In this document: piece after piece, positions 12,637 through 25,822 of the stretch | Numbering within the stretch: the first letter of the stretch is position 1 | Layout: the number at the start of each line of letters is the position of its first letter | Assembly: GCA_903813345.2 (NCBI GenBank) | Contig: CAIIXF020000001.1 | Location: 35,092,001 to 35,156,000, forward strand | Origin: Owenia fusiformis | Lineage: Eukaryota | DNA: 64,000 nt | Direction: 5' to 3' | The notes under the pieces: generated by a model | Database searches by the model: none | What the model was told of the DNA's origin: nothing | Seen by the model: only the letters and a program-made list of their open reading frames with translations | Program-made: the position numbers and the translations under genes

Positions 12637-15489
12637 CTTCAAATTGTTTTAACAGTTCCTTCTACGAGTCTCAGAACCAAGATTGATACTATGGAATGGA
12701 AGAGAAAATAGATACACCAGTCTTTATCAGTCTCTATGTTGACTTATAGGGATAATACTTGACTGAAACAACAAATGAATTGGTTACATGGCAATTAACC
12801 GTTGTGTCATCACAGCGTGGGTATAGAGGATTGGTACCTTGTGGATATATAGAATCATAGGAGACTTGGTGATTAACTGAGTAAATATGAAAATAAACTG
12901 TTGTCAAGATAAGTCTGTGATGAGGAATATCTGTCAATATATGGAATTAGCAGTTAATAATTTCAATTCTCGCATTGTTGAATATAAAAAGTTCTTCTTG
13001 ATTGTACATACCTTTAAATGTCTTCCTTATATGATTATTTTATGAAGTCCCTAAAAAGCTCACTAACAAAAAATATAATATGAGAATTATGGTTATTTGT
13101 TGATCAGTTCAAATACAATGAGTAGAACTCATACAAGTACATAAAATGTCAAAATCCCAAAAATTCTATTATTTTCCCTGATTCATTTCTTATGACATTT
13201 GAATTCCTATAAACACAAATGGATGTCTAAATCATACATCACTTCTAAAACAATTATTGAAAATGTTGAAAAGCTCTCAAAAATTCCATTTTTAGAGAGT
13301 GTTTGTCTCAAAACAAATAAAATACAAATTGCACTGTGATTTACTGGTACTCTGATGTGAAAAAAATTCAAGAAACATATGACAAAAAAATCTGTAATAT
13401 TTGAAATACAACCATGGTTTTTGGTAATAAAGCAACCAATAGATCAAATGAAAAATGAAATAAAAAATAGTAGGAAAACCTTTAGATGTAATAATAAAAA
13501 GATGTGTATTATTCATCGGGATATTTCTTAATAAAATTTGATTTTTCTGTTTTAAAAATAATTTTGCAAGGAATGATACAAGACACAATATTTCTCTATT
13601 TTGACACCACAAATAATATACTATTTTCCTGTCATCATTTAATGTACAATTCATGCGCTAATATGCTAAAGAAATATTCCAAGCAATGTTCTATATATGT
13701 ACATTGCATAATACAAAAGTACCCTCTGGCAACATCAGCCTCAAAGAGCTAAACTTATTATACACTGTTTGAATTAGCTCAAAGTTGATGTAGCCCTTGT
13801 CTGAAAATCACAACACTTCATTTTTTGCCAATGTAGTTGATCCATTTTACATCCAATATCAAAAAGACCATGAAAGCTACATTTGAGACCATTAAGATGG
13901 TATTAGCTTTAGGATTACCAAATCATCTTTGACATTGAGAGGGCAGTGTGACTAGATGCTAGATCTGACCATTAAAAACAGTATTCCAATAGTACTGTAT
14001 TTGTACAACTATTCAAAGCTTTATCATTCAGTCATCAAAGTGATTGTTCCCAACTTGTCAATTTTGTCACTTAAGTATCTATTGATCAAAATAATTATTT
14101 ACATTACAGCTCATACTTAAAGCTACACTATTTCCCACAAAGTTTTATTTGAAAATGGGACTTATAACAGTTAAATTGATGTAAAACAAGCAGATGACAT
14201 TGTTGAACAAATCAACACAACATGAAACTAAACAATGAAAAGAATCAAAGGACAAAAGCAACAATAGGAGATAACTTGAGGTCCCAGTCTTGTATGAAGT
14301 CACTGAACCCCCTCCATTCATATCTACATGTATTTCAACTCTTGAGGAGGTGCTTTGTAATGGGTGACAGTGACTAGAGAAGGGTTGATAGCAAAAAGAT
14401 TCCAAACATGTTATATGACTTTACACAGTTCATGTATTCTTGTATATGAACAGTATTAACATATGGTTTTCATACTTGCTTTTATTGGTTGATATGGCCT
14501 CTTTGGTCACTCAAATCTTACCATTTATGCTCTTTGGTTGAAGAGATTCTTTGTTTGAACAAAATTTCATCAAGAATGTCATATATACCAAAACAACACC
14601 AACCACATTTTCTTTACATTCACCATGATTCACAATGTGAGATAATACAAAGTGGCTTCCAAAGAATACAACATCAGAATAAAATAGCAATAAGATAATT
14701 CCTTTATACCATAGAAAATTATCAAGCACAATATTTTTAAAAATATCCATCGTAATGCAGCAAAACATGTGATATTCATGTGTTAAGTTTATGAGTTTTA
14801 TAAAAGACAACCAAAACATTTATTAATAATCAGATAAGCCTGAGAAGTGTGGATGAATTTATTCAGAAACCTCAGGAAAAACTGACATATTTACAGCAAA
14901 CAACATGAAACATGCAAAAATAAAAATTAAGCAAAAGTAAATATTTCACAACTTGGACATCAGACACTTACTAAATATTACTAAATCTTATTATCACTAA
15001 TTGATAATTAATGTCGGGAATTACAAATATTAGTTATTGAGATAGAAACACAGAGATATGCCAGCTTGTGTAATTAGCCCAACTTAAGGTGGGATAGGTA
15101 TGCCTGTCTAACATGACTCAAACTACATTTTTCTGATTAAACACTTCCCAATCTTAAGGAGTTTTATTTGTTATCACAATTCTAATGAGTTAAATTGATA
15201 AAAATTCTTAAAGCTGGAATGTGCATAAAAGGGCATAGGAAATAAACCAAAATAAAGAGAAAATTAAAACAGGTGAACATATAAAAGTAAAGTCAAGTAC
15301 ACTTGATATACAATTGAAAATATATATTAAGGAAGGTTGTACAAAATGGAGTGATCAGATATACTAGTATATTTTAAAACAAAAATGGAGAATGAAAATA
15401 TGGAAATGCATCAGAACCCAAATACAATGGAAGACAAAATGATCTGCTCACAATACTTTAGAAAAACAAGGATTCCTTATCCCACAAAC

Positions 15490-18400
15490 ATGAAACCATT
15501 TATGTATATATGTTTCACAATAGTGGTAATGACCCTGAAAACACATGGGGCAATCATCAGCCACAATGGCAACACTCCACTGGGAGGCAATATCATGTTA
15601 AACTGTACAAGGACTGATCCCTCAAAGAAATGGTTCTGGGATAGAAAAATATCAGGATCAGAAAAATACCAAACATTGTTCTTGGATGGTAGGATACAGC
15701 CAGGTGTAAATCCTGAAAGATTTGAATTAATCCAGAATGGAAGAGTATATAATCTTGTGTTAAGGAATGCACAGCTAAAAGATGATGGACAATATAGGTG
15801 TTTTCAAGTTTTCAAGGAAGCAGAAACTACTGAACAGACAATTCTCACAGTTGTTGGTGAGTTACTCTTTTAATAGTTTTCACAGTCAGGGCCATTTATC
15901 ATCTTTTTATGTGATATGAGCCAAGCTAATAGCACAAATAGTATATATGTGGTCCTTGATTGTGCTTTCTGACCAGAAACATTATTCAAATAAGAGAAAC
16001 ATAGTACATGGATAATTTGTGTTACAATTATTAACACAAAAAAGATTTTCCTTGTCTCTCTTTTGGTTAACATGAATTTTTCAAATTCTTTAGTCCTATC
16101 AAATTAACTGAACAAAAACTTTCCTTCTACAACAAGTCACAAAAAATGCACAAATGATTACAAAAGAAAAAATCCATCCAAGATCCTATAACCCATCACA
16201 TGTATTAAACCAATTCAAAACAAACTTGTGACTTCATTTCAAAAATATATACTCTTCAATCAATGAGGACATTTATTGCATTAACTTACAAAACAGGAAA
16301 ACAACACGGGTACATTCAAAATTTTGTCTTGTAGTTAATTACCTAAATATGTTTCACTCCAGTTATGCCTGAACCTCTGAATGTGACAGGGCTTGAAATT
16401 GCACACAATGAAGGAGAAACAGCTGTAGTACACTGCACATCAAAACATGGGAGACCAAAACCAGATCTGATATGGAGAAAAAATGGTAAAATCAAATACA
16501 TAGATTAACCTAATTAAGATACAAAGAAAAATAGTACCGTGGGTACTGGGCTCACATGGTGTTGCTCAAAAGTTAATGAAGGCTAAATTGACAGAAAATA
16601 AAAAAAAAACGGATATAATTTTTTGCTGATTTTTTTATCAAAATTATTTCAAGCCATTTTGAAAATAGGCAAGCTTTTGAACCAGGAGTCATAGGGGAGT
16701 TTTTTGTATTGATGTTGAACAAAATTAACTTAAAACGGGAATCCTACCGACAGAGGGTTTAAGGCAAATGGTCCAAAAGTGGATTTTGCGATATAGATGG
16801 ACAAATCAATGTTAACTAAAATGGCTGAAAATAAAAAATGGATATAATTTTTTACTGATTTTTCGTAACAAAATTATTTCATCTACTCTTTACATTGACA
16901 TGGATTTTTACAATGTAGGACACTTGAAATTATTTGTAAAGCTAGGAAATGGGTCAAAAGTGAATTTCGCGAGACAAAAAATGAAGGCCATTTTGAAAAT
17001 AGGCGGGCTTTTGAACCAGGAGTCATAGGGGAGTTTCTGTATTGATGTTGAACAGAAATAACTTAAAACAGGAATCCTATCAACAGAGGTTTTAAAACGT
17101 GCCACTGTTGTTGACGAAAAAGTGAATTTCGCGAGTCAGATGGACAAATCAATGTTAACTAAAATGGCTGAAAATAAAAAAAATGCATATAATTTTTCCT
17201 GATTTTTTGTAACAAAATTATTTCATATATCTACTCTTTACATTGACATGGACTTTTACAATGTAGGACACCTGAAATTATTTGTATAGCTAGGAAATGG
17301 GTCAAAAGTGAATTTCGTGAGACAAAAATGGCGGCCATTTTGAAAATAGGAGGCCATTTTGAAAATAGGCGAGCTTTTGAACCAGGAGTCATAGGGGAGT
17401 TTTCTGTATTGATCGACCTATCGACAGAGGTTTTGAAACGTGCCACTATTGTTGATGGACGGACGGACGCACACATGCACGCACAGACGGATGGACAAGT
17501 GAGTGATTGCAAAAGCTCACCATGTGAGTTAAAAATGTGAGGAATAGACCATCTTTTTGGTACAAGGGTTTGTATGGAAGATCGGGCAGAGCCCTCATAT
17601 ATCTTCAAAGTCTTCAATCTTTAGATTGTATACTTCGAAGACTCAGGAGGGCTCTGCCCAATCTTCAATACAATTCCCTGAGGGTTTTGAAGAGATATAA
17701 TGTACTAATTTAAATGTAATCTACCTTTCATTTAGCTGATGTAAAATATCTAATAGAATTTAAAAACTTTAAGATGGGTTCCCTTATTCAAATATGTCTA
17801 GGCGTTATACACTTAGGTATATTCTGTTATGTGCATTGCACACATCCTAAATATGAGTACGTTCTCAAGACAAATCTGCTTACTTTCTAATTAGCATTTA
17901 AACATGCGAAATAAAACAGATTGAGTACTAGTATATGATTATTCCATCTTATCTCATATATTTCACAAATTATGTATGCATATTTGAATACACATGTGAT
18001 TGTACATGGTTTATTTTACTTTATGACACATGTACCAGGGGCAGAGCCAGCCTTCAGTCAATCAGGTGCAATCACCAAAAAAAATCAGTTTTCACTCTAC
18101 TTTGGTTCTAAAGCCAAGGATTGAAGACAATGGTCGGGTTTATTGTGGCATAAACAAGCCAAACAATAAGATTTATTTTGAATTTTACAAAAATTGATGC
18201 AACTTCCTTCAAATTTGAGCTAGAAGCTTCAAATAAAAGGCATTTAAAGCTCTTTTCTTCTTCTTTCTCATGGTTTTATTTTCATTGGTTATGTGATCGC
18301 ACCCATCGCACCCTCCCCCCTGGCTATGCCTATGTGTACTCTTATAACTATTTATGTTTTATCCAGGGAGTATGACTGAGATTGGGTTTGTGACCACTGA

Positions 18401-21400
18401 TGTCCAGCATGAAGACTTGACCTTTTCAGTGACCCGTTCATTGATTGTGCCCATATCAAGGTCCTCTCTTACTGATGAATATATCTGTGAGGCAAGAGTG
18501 AGGCAAATAGACTTCAGAGAAACAACAGCAGTTTTTATGAATGCACATGGTCAGTGATACAAACAAGCATACTTTATTATTTTCCATCAAAAAAGCTATG
18601 TGAACTAAAAAGGACAAGATGGAAAACTTTTTTTTATCCTAGGAACAACTCTGTAATAAAAAGCTAATATTCATAAAATAACTAATACTTGGCATCTCTT
18701 TAAACACCCTTTGATTATATCTAAAAATGAACATGAAACATGTTATCATTTTGATTTCTAGTTCGTCCCTTTGAGCCATACATTACTGGAGCTGAATTTG
18801 CAGATGTTGGTTCAAGATACATCCTAAAGTGTCACTCAAATGGTGGTGTACCCCCTGCAAACATAACATGGTACAGCAAGGACATAACCTCAACAGGGAC
18901 ATTTTACACACAACAGCAGAGCTTTCAAGAGAGCCAAAAAATCAGTGATAATTCATACAACTCGACAGCTACTTTGGTTCTAAAGCCAAGGATTGAAGAC
19001 AATGGTCGGGTTTATGTCTGTAATGCATCCAATTCTGTTCTAGTAAAGTTCCGAGAGAAGGCTTTAACTACATCTATTGCACTTGATCTGAGTTGTAAGT
19101 TATAATCACAAACTATGCCCATTGAAGTGTATTACATTAATTAGGACATTCATATTTAGACAATGGACTATTATTTGTTGTTTCACATCTTCTTTCATCA
19201 GATATTCACATTCATTTTTGAGGACAAAAATGTTCAAATTTCTTTGTGTTTCCCTGGTATTCTATGATGTAACTAAGCAATGAACTTTTGGGAAATTTTA
19301 AAAATAGGATGACAAAGAGTGATACTGTATGTGATAAAAAGATTGCATAACTTAAGGGAAGTTGCCATATAGTTATACGTGCATTTATGTTCTGATGTTC
19401 TCATTTGTGTCTTTTTTACTAAATGGTATTCTTAATCTGTTCATTATTTTCTCATTAAAGATAAACCTGTTGTAAATGCGACTGAAATTGTAAGAGTGAC
19501 AGAAGGAAATGAAGCAAGGATCTACTGCAATGTTCAGGCTAAACCAGAGGCAAATATCACATGGTACAGAAACTTCAAGGCCATCAATCCTGAAGAGGAC
19601 AGGGTGACAACTGAGGCAAATGCAGAGGGAGATCAGCTCCTTATTGTGAAGCCAGTGTTGAAGTCTGATAACACAGCAGTCTATGAATGTGTGGCCATAA
19701 ATAGACTTGGGATGTCATCTAAACATATTAAATTAAGTGTGCAATGTGAGTATAACATATAAGAGGTAAAACATTGGAGGAAATTTTACTAAAATTGACC
19801 CAAGCAGGCATGTAGTGAAATAATATTTCAGGGAAATGTGTGGCACTATCATTCACAATACAACCTATTCTTTAGTCTATATTCCCTTAATTCTTACTTT
19901 TAACAGAAATAAGCTAATGGTTGCATGAGTGATTTGATAATAATTCAAACATGACCGTGCTCTATTCGAATTTCTCAACCAATCAGAATGCAGCATAGCC
20001 AATATAGAACGTTCTCTAATTCTCCATAGATGCACGACCATGCTCTATTCAATCTGCAATTTGCATTGTTTTGAGTGACGTCACATCTCAGCTGCACATC
20101 TGGGGCTCTGTCCGGGGATAGCTGTTCGTATTCTTCCTTCATGCCCGTTCCACAGACACGGCTTTTACTAATTTTTATGTTTGAATCGGAATTAATAATG
20201 ATAGGCCATTCAATATGGTGAAATTCAGCACTCGTTGGACAGAATGTTAGTACAAATGCACTCACCTTCGGTTCGTGCTTTGTACAACATTCTGTCCAAC
20301 TCGTGCTGAATTTCACCATATTGAATGGCCTATCATTATTTATTCCTTAAATAATTATGGGTTTTATAGTATTTATTGAAATTATTAATTGATAATTTAT
20401 ATAAACTGGACATGTTAGGGGAAACAACAATGGAAACAACTCTCATAATCAATTTTCACTAATATAGTTTAACATTGCTTGTTATTTTAGCTGACCATTT
20501 AAGGTCATTCATATAATTTCAGATATACCATACATAAATATAGGGCCAGAGGCACTGACAGTTGTCCGAGAAGGTGACAATGTTACATTAGGATGTGATG
20601 TAGATGCTAACCCACCAGGTGATGCAATACAATGGTATAAGAATGGGAATCCCCTAGACACAAACAATACAGCATTATATCAGGGTAGGTAAATTTACAG
20701 AAGTACGCTACTTTTCATTGTTACTGAATTTTATCATTATGCAGGCCCGTAGCCAGGATTTGCCAAGGGGGTTCACTTTTTAAAAATTTCCAGGGGGGGC
20801 TTTCACTTTTGACAACTTTGCCCCCAAAATGGCCAAAATCACTTGAAAAGTGCTCAAAATAGTGAAAAATAGTGAAAAACTCCATGATATTGATAGAATA
20901 TTTTGGCCAGGGGGCTCTGGCTTATGGGCCTGTTATGTTAAACATTCATTAGGGAAAAGGCACCATTACACAACACAATATAATGTCATCTCAATTCAAA
21001 TGATGATTCAAGCAGCTGATATTCTTAGAACTAGTAACAATGGACAAACATGATCAAACTCATACTAGTCTATACACCATACATACGTAAGATGATTTCA
21101 AACCAAATCTAAATTGCAAATTAGGCATACATGGAGAATATCTTAAATTATGTAGAAATATATAGAATAATCATTCCAACATGCAACTAGAAAACAGCAA
21201 GTCCATGGAGTAGCAAATCTCATCGAACGAAACATGTTTTGATAAATATACGTTGCCATCTTGAAAATTTCTTCTTGAACAGAGCTTCTTTGTCCCCAGG
21301 TACTGAGGTATAAGCATATAAAATTTGTCCATTGGTATTTGAGTAATCGAAGTTTATATTTTTACAAAAAAAATGGCGGCCATTTTGAATTGAGTGGTCA

Positions 21401-24400
21401 TATTGAAAATTTCTTCTCAAGCAGACGTCCTACACCCATAAGGTAAAACCTTTACAATTTGAATCAATCCTTCAAGGACAAACAAAAGACGATGAATGGA
21501 TGAATGTACGGCTTCTCTTGTCCCTACTAGCTTCGTTTGGTGTGATAATAATCCAATAGCTCTGTTTTCCAGTTACTAATAATACACTGATGCTGCTAAA
21601 AGGAACAAAACCAGACAATGGGCACTATAGATGTCGCTCCAGGAACAGTATTGGACTAGGAGAGAGTAGTGCATTAACATTACAAGTGCAATGTAAGTTC
21701 AGATTACAATTGCAATGTATGCATAACATTCAAGTGCAATGCAAGTTTCCTATCTACAATATCTAGAAGATCAAATCAGATCAGAGAAGACTAGGTAAAT
21801 GGCATAGGGGTGTTATCTGGATGAGAAGTTTCTTCTTATTTGTAGGATTTCATGCCCTCATCATATAAAGTAAAGCAACAAATAATAGTCTCAAACTTGG
21901 CACCCTGAATATTACATCAATCTATCCCATAATCTATTGTACAATTCTGTAATACAATTGTTCTTATTTGTGAATTCCAGCTCAAATTACTTGTAAGAAT
22001 AAGTTAGAGTTTATATTTCTTGTATTTTAGATCCCCCAGAAAATCTAACAGTAATACCTGCAGGTTACATGAGCAGTATGGAAGGTTCCACTGTTCCAGA
22101 TATCTTCTGTACATCTCAGGCAATACCACAACCTACCTATGAATGGAGATATAATGGTAATAGTCTTCTATTGGATTCAAATTATTTTCATGGATTATAG
22201 GGTTCTGGTTTTCTTAATATTGTCCTTTGTGCATATTCAATATTGTGAGTTATGAGGCTAGTGAACAATAGAGCATAACAAAGTTCGAGGGAATTGACCA
22301 TAATTATTTTTACAAGAGTAGTTTAAAAGATTATATAACAGATATATTAATTCAATCATTCATAATATGATATAAAGGGTTAGTGTTTTGCATTTGCCTT
22401 GCATAGGGGATTGTTGTTTGCTTTAAGTGTTGCCCTTTGCAGTTTCTCAGTTAACATACACTTACCATTTCTAAATTGCAGGAGAGTACCACAATGCAGG
22501 GGCCAAGTTGATACCTGGAACAAAGGTAACAGGTGGTCATAGGGGAACTTATCACTGCATTGCTAAAAATAAATGGGGACAGGACTCCACTTCATTTTTC
22601 TTCAATGTATCATGTAAGTTACTTTTCAATGCAAGAACTGTACATACATGTTCATTATTTATAAATACAGCAGCAATTTTCATGTTTCCTATTAGCTTCA
22701 AATTATTAGATTTAAAATCACCAATATGTTACATGTTTAAAATTCCCTTTAGAAATAGAAGAATGCCATACAAAACTTTTTGCAATACTTGATTTCTCAA
22801 GTTTCCTAGATTTCTCCATTTTCCCAATTTCAGATTCTCCATTATGCGTCCAAGGACAACGTCTGAAATATGCAGCTGTGATTGGTCAGCCTACGAGAGT
22901 ATACTGCTACGTTCATGCTTATCCCAGTGATGTCACATTCAGGTGGTTACACGGAGTAGCTCAGACAAGAGATGATGGGGTGTTAAACGGCACAGATGAT
23001 GTCACAGTCTACAGCAGACATGACATCACACCAAGGTACATAACAATAAACCAATTCTTACACTACATGATTTACAATTCTTATTCATTAATTAAAACAC
23101 AAGCAATTCATGTGGAGTTATTTGGGGAATACTGTATCAGAGCAATGCTGATTGTATCGCTCTACTGAAAGGAACCAGATTGAGACACTATGTCTGAATG
23201 TTGACCAATAAATACTGATGTATTATTGGTGTTGACCAAAGTTGGTTCAGTTTCACATGAGTTACATCTAAGCATACAGTGCTACATGAATTGAATCAAA
23301 AATAAAATTATTTGACATGTCTTTTATTACAGATCAAAAACTGACTTTGGAGTTTATGAATGCAGTGGAGGTAATTCTATTGGTGTGATGAAACAGTCTT
23401 GTAGCATAGAACTCATTGAGCCAAGTAAGCCACCTTGCAAGCCTTATTTTAAATTTTGTCATTTTGACAAAATAACATTTATATTCAATAATGAACAAAA
23501 CTTAATGAATAAAGACAAATACTTTTATTCTTGCGCTTTAGTGCCTACTTCTGGTCCAAAAATCCACCAAAATTGATGTAAACTCTGAACATATTGTAAC
23601 TTGGTTCATCAATAGGATTAGTTGCAAACCTACTCTCCTATATTTGAGCTTGAAATGGTGCAAATCATTGATTGAGATTTCTAAAAATGTGAGGTATTAC
23701 ACAGATGGGCCAGCAAAATCAAAGAAATATTAACATCCAAAGAAGCAAAAAGATAAATATTGTACATCTGTTTTAGGTCCTCCTGAATCCCCCACCAACT
23801 GTAGAGTAACAGCTTCAACATGGACGTCCATAGAGATTCTATGTGATGAAGGCTTTGATGGTGGAGCACCTCAGACATTTTCACTTCAGAGGAAACGCAA
23901 TGGTGTATTTCGTACAGAGTTGAACCAAACCACAACACATTTTTATTGGAACAAGTTACAGCATTCTACAACATACACATTGAGAGTATGCGCAGTCAAC
24001 GCCCTGGTATGGAATAAAGTAATATGTGGAAGAGAGCTTTTAGCTACAACACCACCAGGTAAATATATTCAGATAGTCACTCTACACTTACTGTAGAGCT
24101 ATAAACTCCTTAATAGATTGACAAAATATTTTTATATACTAGTACAAGGTTAGGGGATAGTAGGTCTTTTATAGGTTCAAGGATTTCATATACCTTGTAT
24201 CTATTGTATCTTATACCCTAGCCTTTCATTTTTGGAATGGGACACGTGGGGAGCTTATATTTTATCTCGATAGACCCTACATTATATAGGGAAGATGGTA
24301 AGGCTCACTCAAATTTAATCTTGGGGCCCCCTTAGTTACTTTAATAAGCAACCCCCTAAAATAAAATACAATTAAATAATTCATTATTTTAGTATTGTTA

Positions 24401-24515
24401 CATTTTGGTTTCAGACCCAAGTAAACCAATTATCAGTGGAACAAGCAGGATATTCACTCATATGTATCTACTTGCGCTGGTCATCTGTATTACAACTTTA
24501 CTTGGACATTGGTGA
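15490..24515 (+). CDS. Nephrin/sidestep-like IgSF protein: signal peptide, 7 Ig domains, 1 FN3, C-terminal hydrophobic (GPI-type) tail, about 835 aa
   Basis: Exons 15490-15856, 16363-16485, 18367-18549, 18762-19094, 19461-19745, 20523-20684, 21573-21692, 22031-22156, 22482-22613, 22834-23035, 23333-23424, 23777-24058, 24415-24515 join in frame (2508 nt). The FN3 has CDEGFDGGAPQTF; the protein ends SGTSRIFTHMYLLALVICITTLLGHW*. The start is uncertain: ATG 15385, ATG 15490, or an upstream leader exon (possibly 14494-14536) spliced to the AG near 15523. Confidence 0.88.
16520..17556. mobile_element. Helentron-associated (HINE/DINE-like) non-autonomous element with internal tandem repeats
   Basis: Subterminal inverted repeat CTCACATGGT / ACCATGTGAG, three related internal units (GCCATTTTGAAAATAGG...GAACCAGGAGTCATAGGGGAG), a GACG microsatellite near the 3' end, a short terminal hairpin and an A-run. 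Confidence 0.7.
18036..18335. mobile_element. Small TIR element (hAT-like termini) containing a 47-nt copy of a downstream exon
   Basis: Termini CAGGGGCAGAGCCAG / CTGGCTATGCCTATG; 18097-18143 is identical to 18969-19015. Confidence 0.55.
20188..20346. repeat. Near-perfect palindrome of about 160 bp (foldback element end)
   Basis: AATAATGATAGGCCATTCAATATGGTGAAATTCAGCAC ... GTGCTGAATTTCACCATATTGAATGGCCTATCATTATT, with inner arms GTTGGACAGAATGTT / AACATTCTGTCCAAC. Confidence 0.85.
21186..21550. mobile_element. HINE-like element, AACTAGAAAACAGCAA family (short copy)
   Basis: 5' AACTAGAAAACAGCAA...GAGTAGCAAATC is shared with copies at 24733, 47004 and 55494; one internal unit; 3' GGAT/GACG-like tract and hairpin. 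Confidence 0.7.
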
Positions 24516-24732
24516 AAAAACAGAAGCAATGACAGATGGTGTGATTACAACACATAAGGATCAACATGACACACTACAAACTGACAATGAAGCTGGAATG
24601 AACCCTTCAGAGACAATCTAAAAGTTCAATACTAAATAATATGCACGTCATCTACAACTGCAAGACCACCCCATGTTAACAATTTTTTACTGAAAAGAGT
24701 CTTTGACCATACAGTCCTACCAAAGGAAAGCA

Positions 24733-24980
24733 AACTAGACAACAGCAACGCCAAAGAGTAGCAAATCCCATCGAACAGCCATGGCTGGCATTTTTATAAA
24801 CAAAGTATAAAGCAAAAATGGCAGCCATTTTTCAAAATGGCCACCTTCTACCAAAAGTGTCATTAGACAGTGGGCCATGCTTATAGTATTCACATACCAA
24901 ATATGAACAAAATCGCTCAACTACTTTTCGAGTAACATAGCGAGTAAAGGCTGCCATTTTTCAAGATGGCTGCCATGTGG
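24733..24980. mobile_element. HINE-like fragment downstream of the nephrin-like gene
   Basis: AACTAGACAACAGCAACGCCAAAGAGTAGCAAATCCCATCGAAC head; the internal unit CCAAAAGTGTCATTAGACAGTG...ACATACCAAATATGAACAAAATCGCT recurs at 54440-54840. Confidence 0.65.
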
Positions 24981-25822
24981 TTCTTTAATATCTACATTTC
25001 TAGCTTTATAAATGTCCTATATAATTTTTTAACATTTACAACATATTGCTATTACAGTTTTACGTATTGTATCTAAATTACTGTAAATCTTGATAGGAGA
25101 TGGAGATGGATAGGCTTGATGGAGAAGATACAACTCCATGCTAGTATGACAAAGAAAAGTTTGCAACATAAGAAAAACACTTAAGACAATGTAAACTGTT
25201 AAATCCATCAGCTTTTAAGAATTACTTCTGTTTTATGTGTGGGATACAGAACTCATTCCTCCACATAAACTTATACACAATATATCTGAACAACAGTTAA
25301 TTGTAAGAAAATACTTGTATATAAAAATAAAGTTATTTATCTTAAAATTTATTTCTTCTTTGAATTGTGTCTTTTGGACAATTTCTTCCGGAGTGAAGTC
25401 TTATGCCCATAAAACATCAGCTTATTAACTTGTACCTAATCCAAATACTGGTTTTTGAGTTATTGCCCAGAGGCAATTTCAATCGAAGGGATACATACAG
25501 TGTCACTTTCATGTATAACATTACAAATTATGATTATCTGAGTGAAAAACAACATGCAAGTAACATTGAACATAAACAATCAAACCTTCACATGAGGGGT
25601 GATCATAAAGTTTTCATTTTTTATTTTTCAATATATTCTCATAAATGACATGATAATTGTCATTAGTTGGTAACATTTAACAACGCAGAAGCTATATGAT
25701 GGAACTAATAAGTTATTGTGAGTTCCACATTCTGTGAAAGAGATAATAAAGATTAGAAAGATATTACCAGAACTTTATGATCACCCCTCATATACTCTAT
25801 ATAAAGTACAATGTACCTTTTG

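Noticed and set aside
24436..24621. ORF as the cytoplasmic tail of the nephrin-like protein
   Set aside because: Wrong frame for the acceptor at 24415; the spliced frame stops at 24515.
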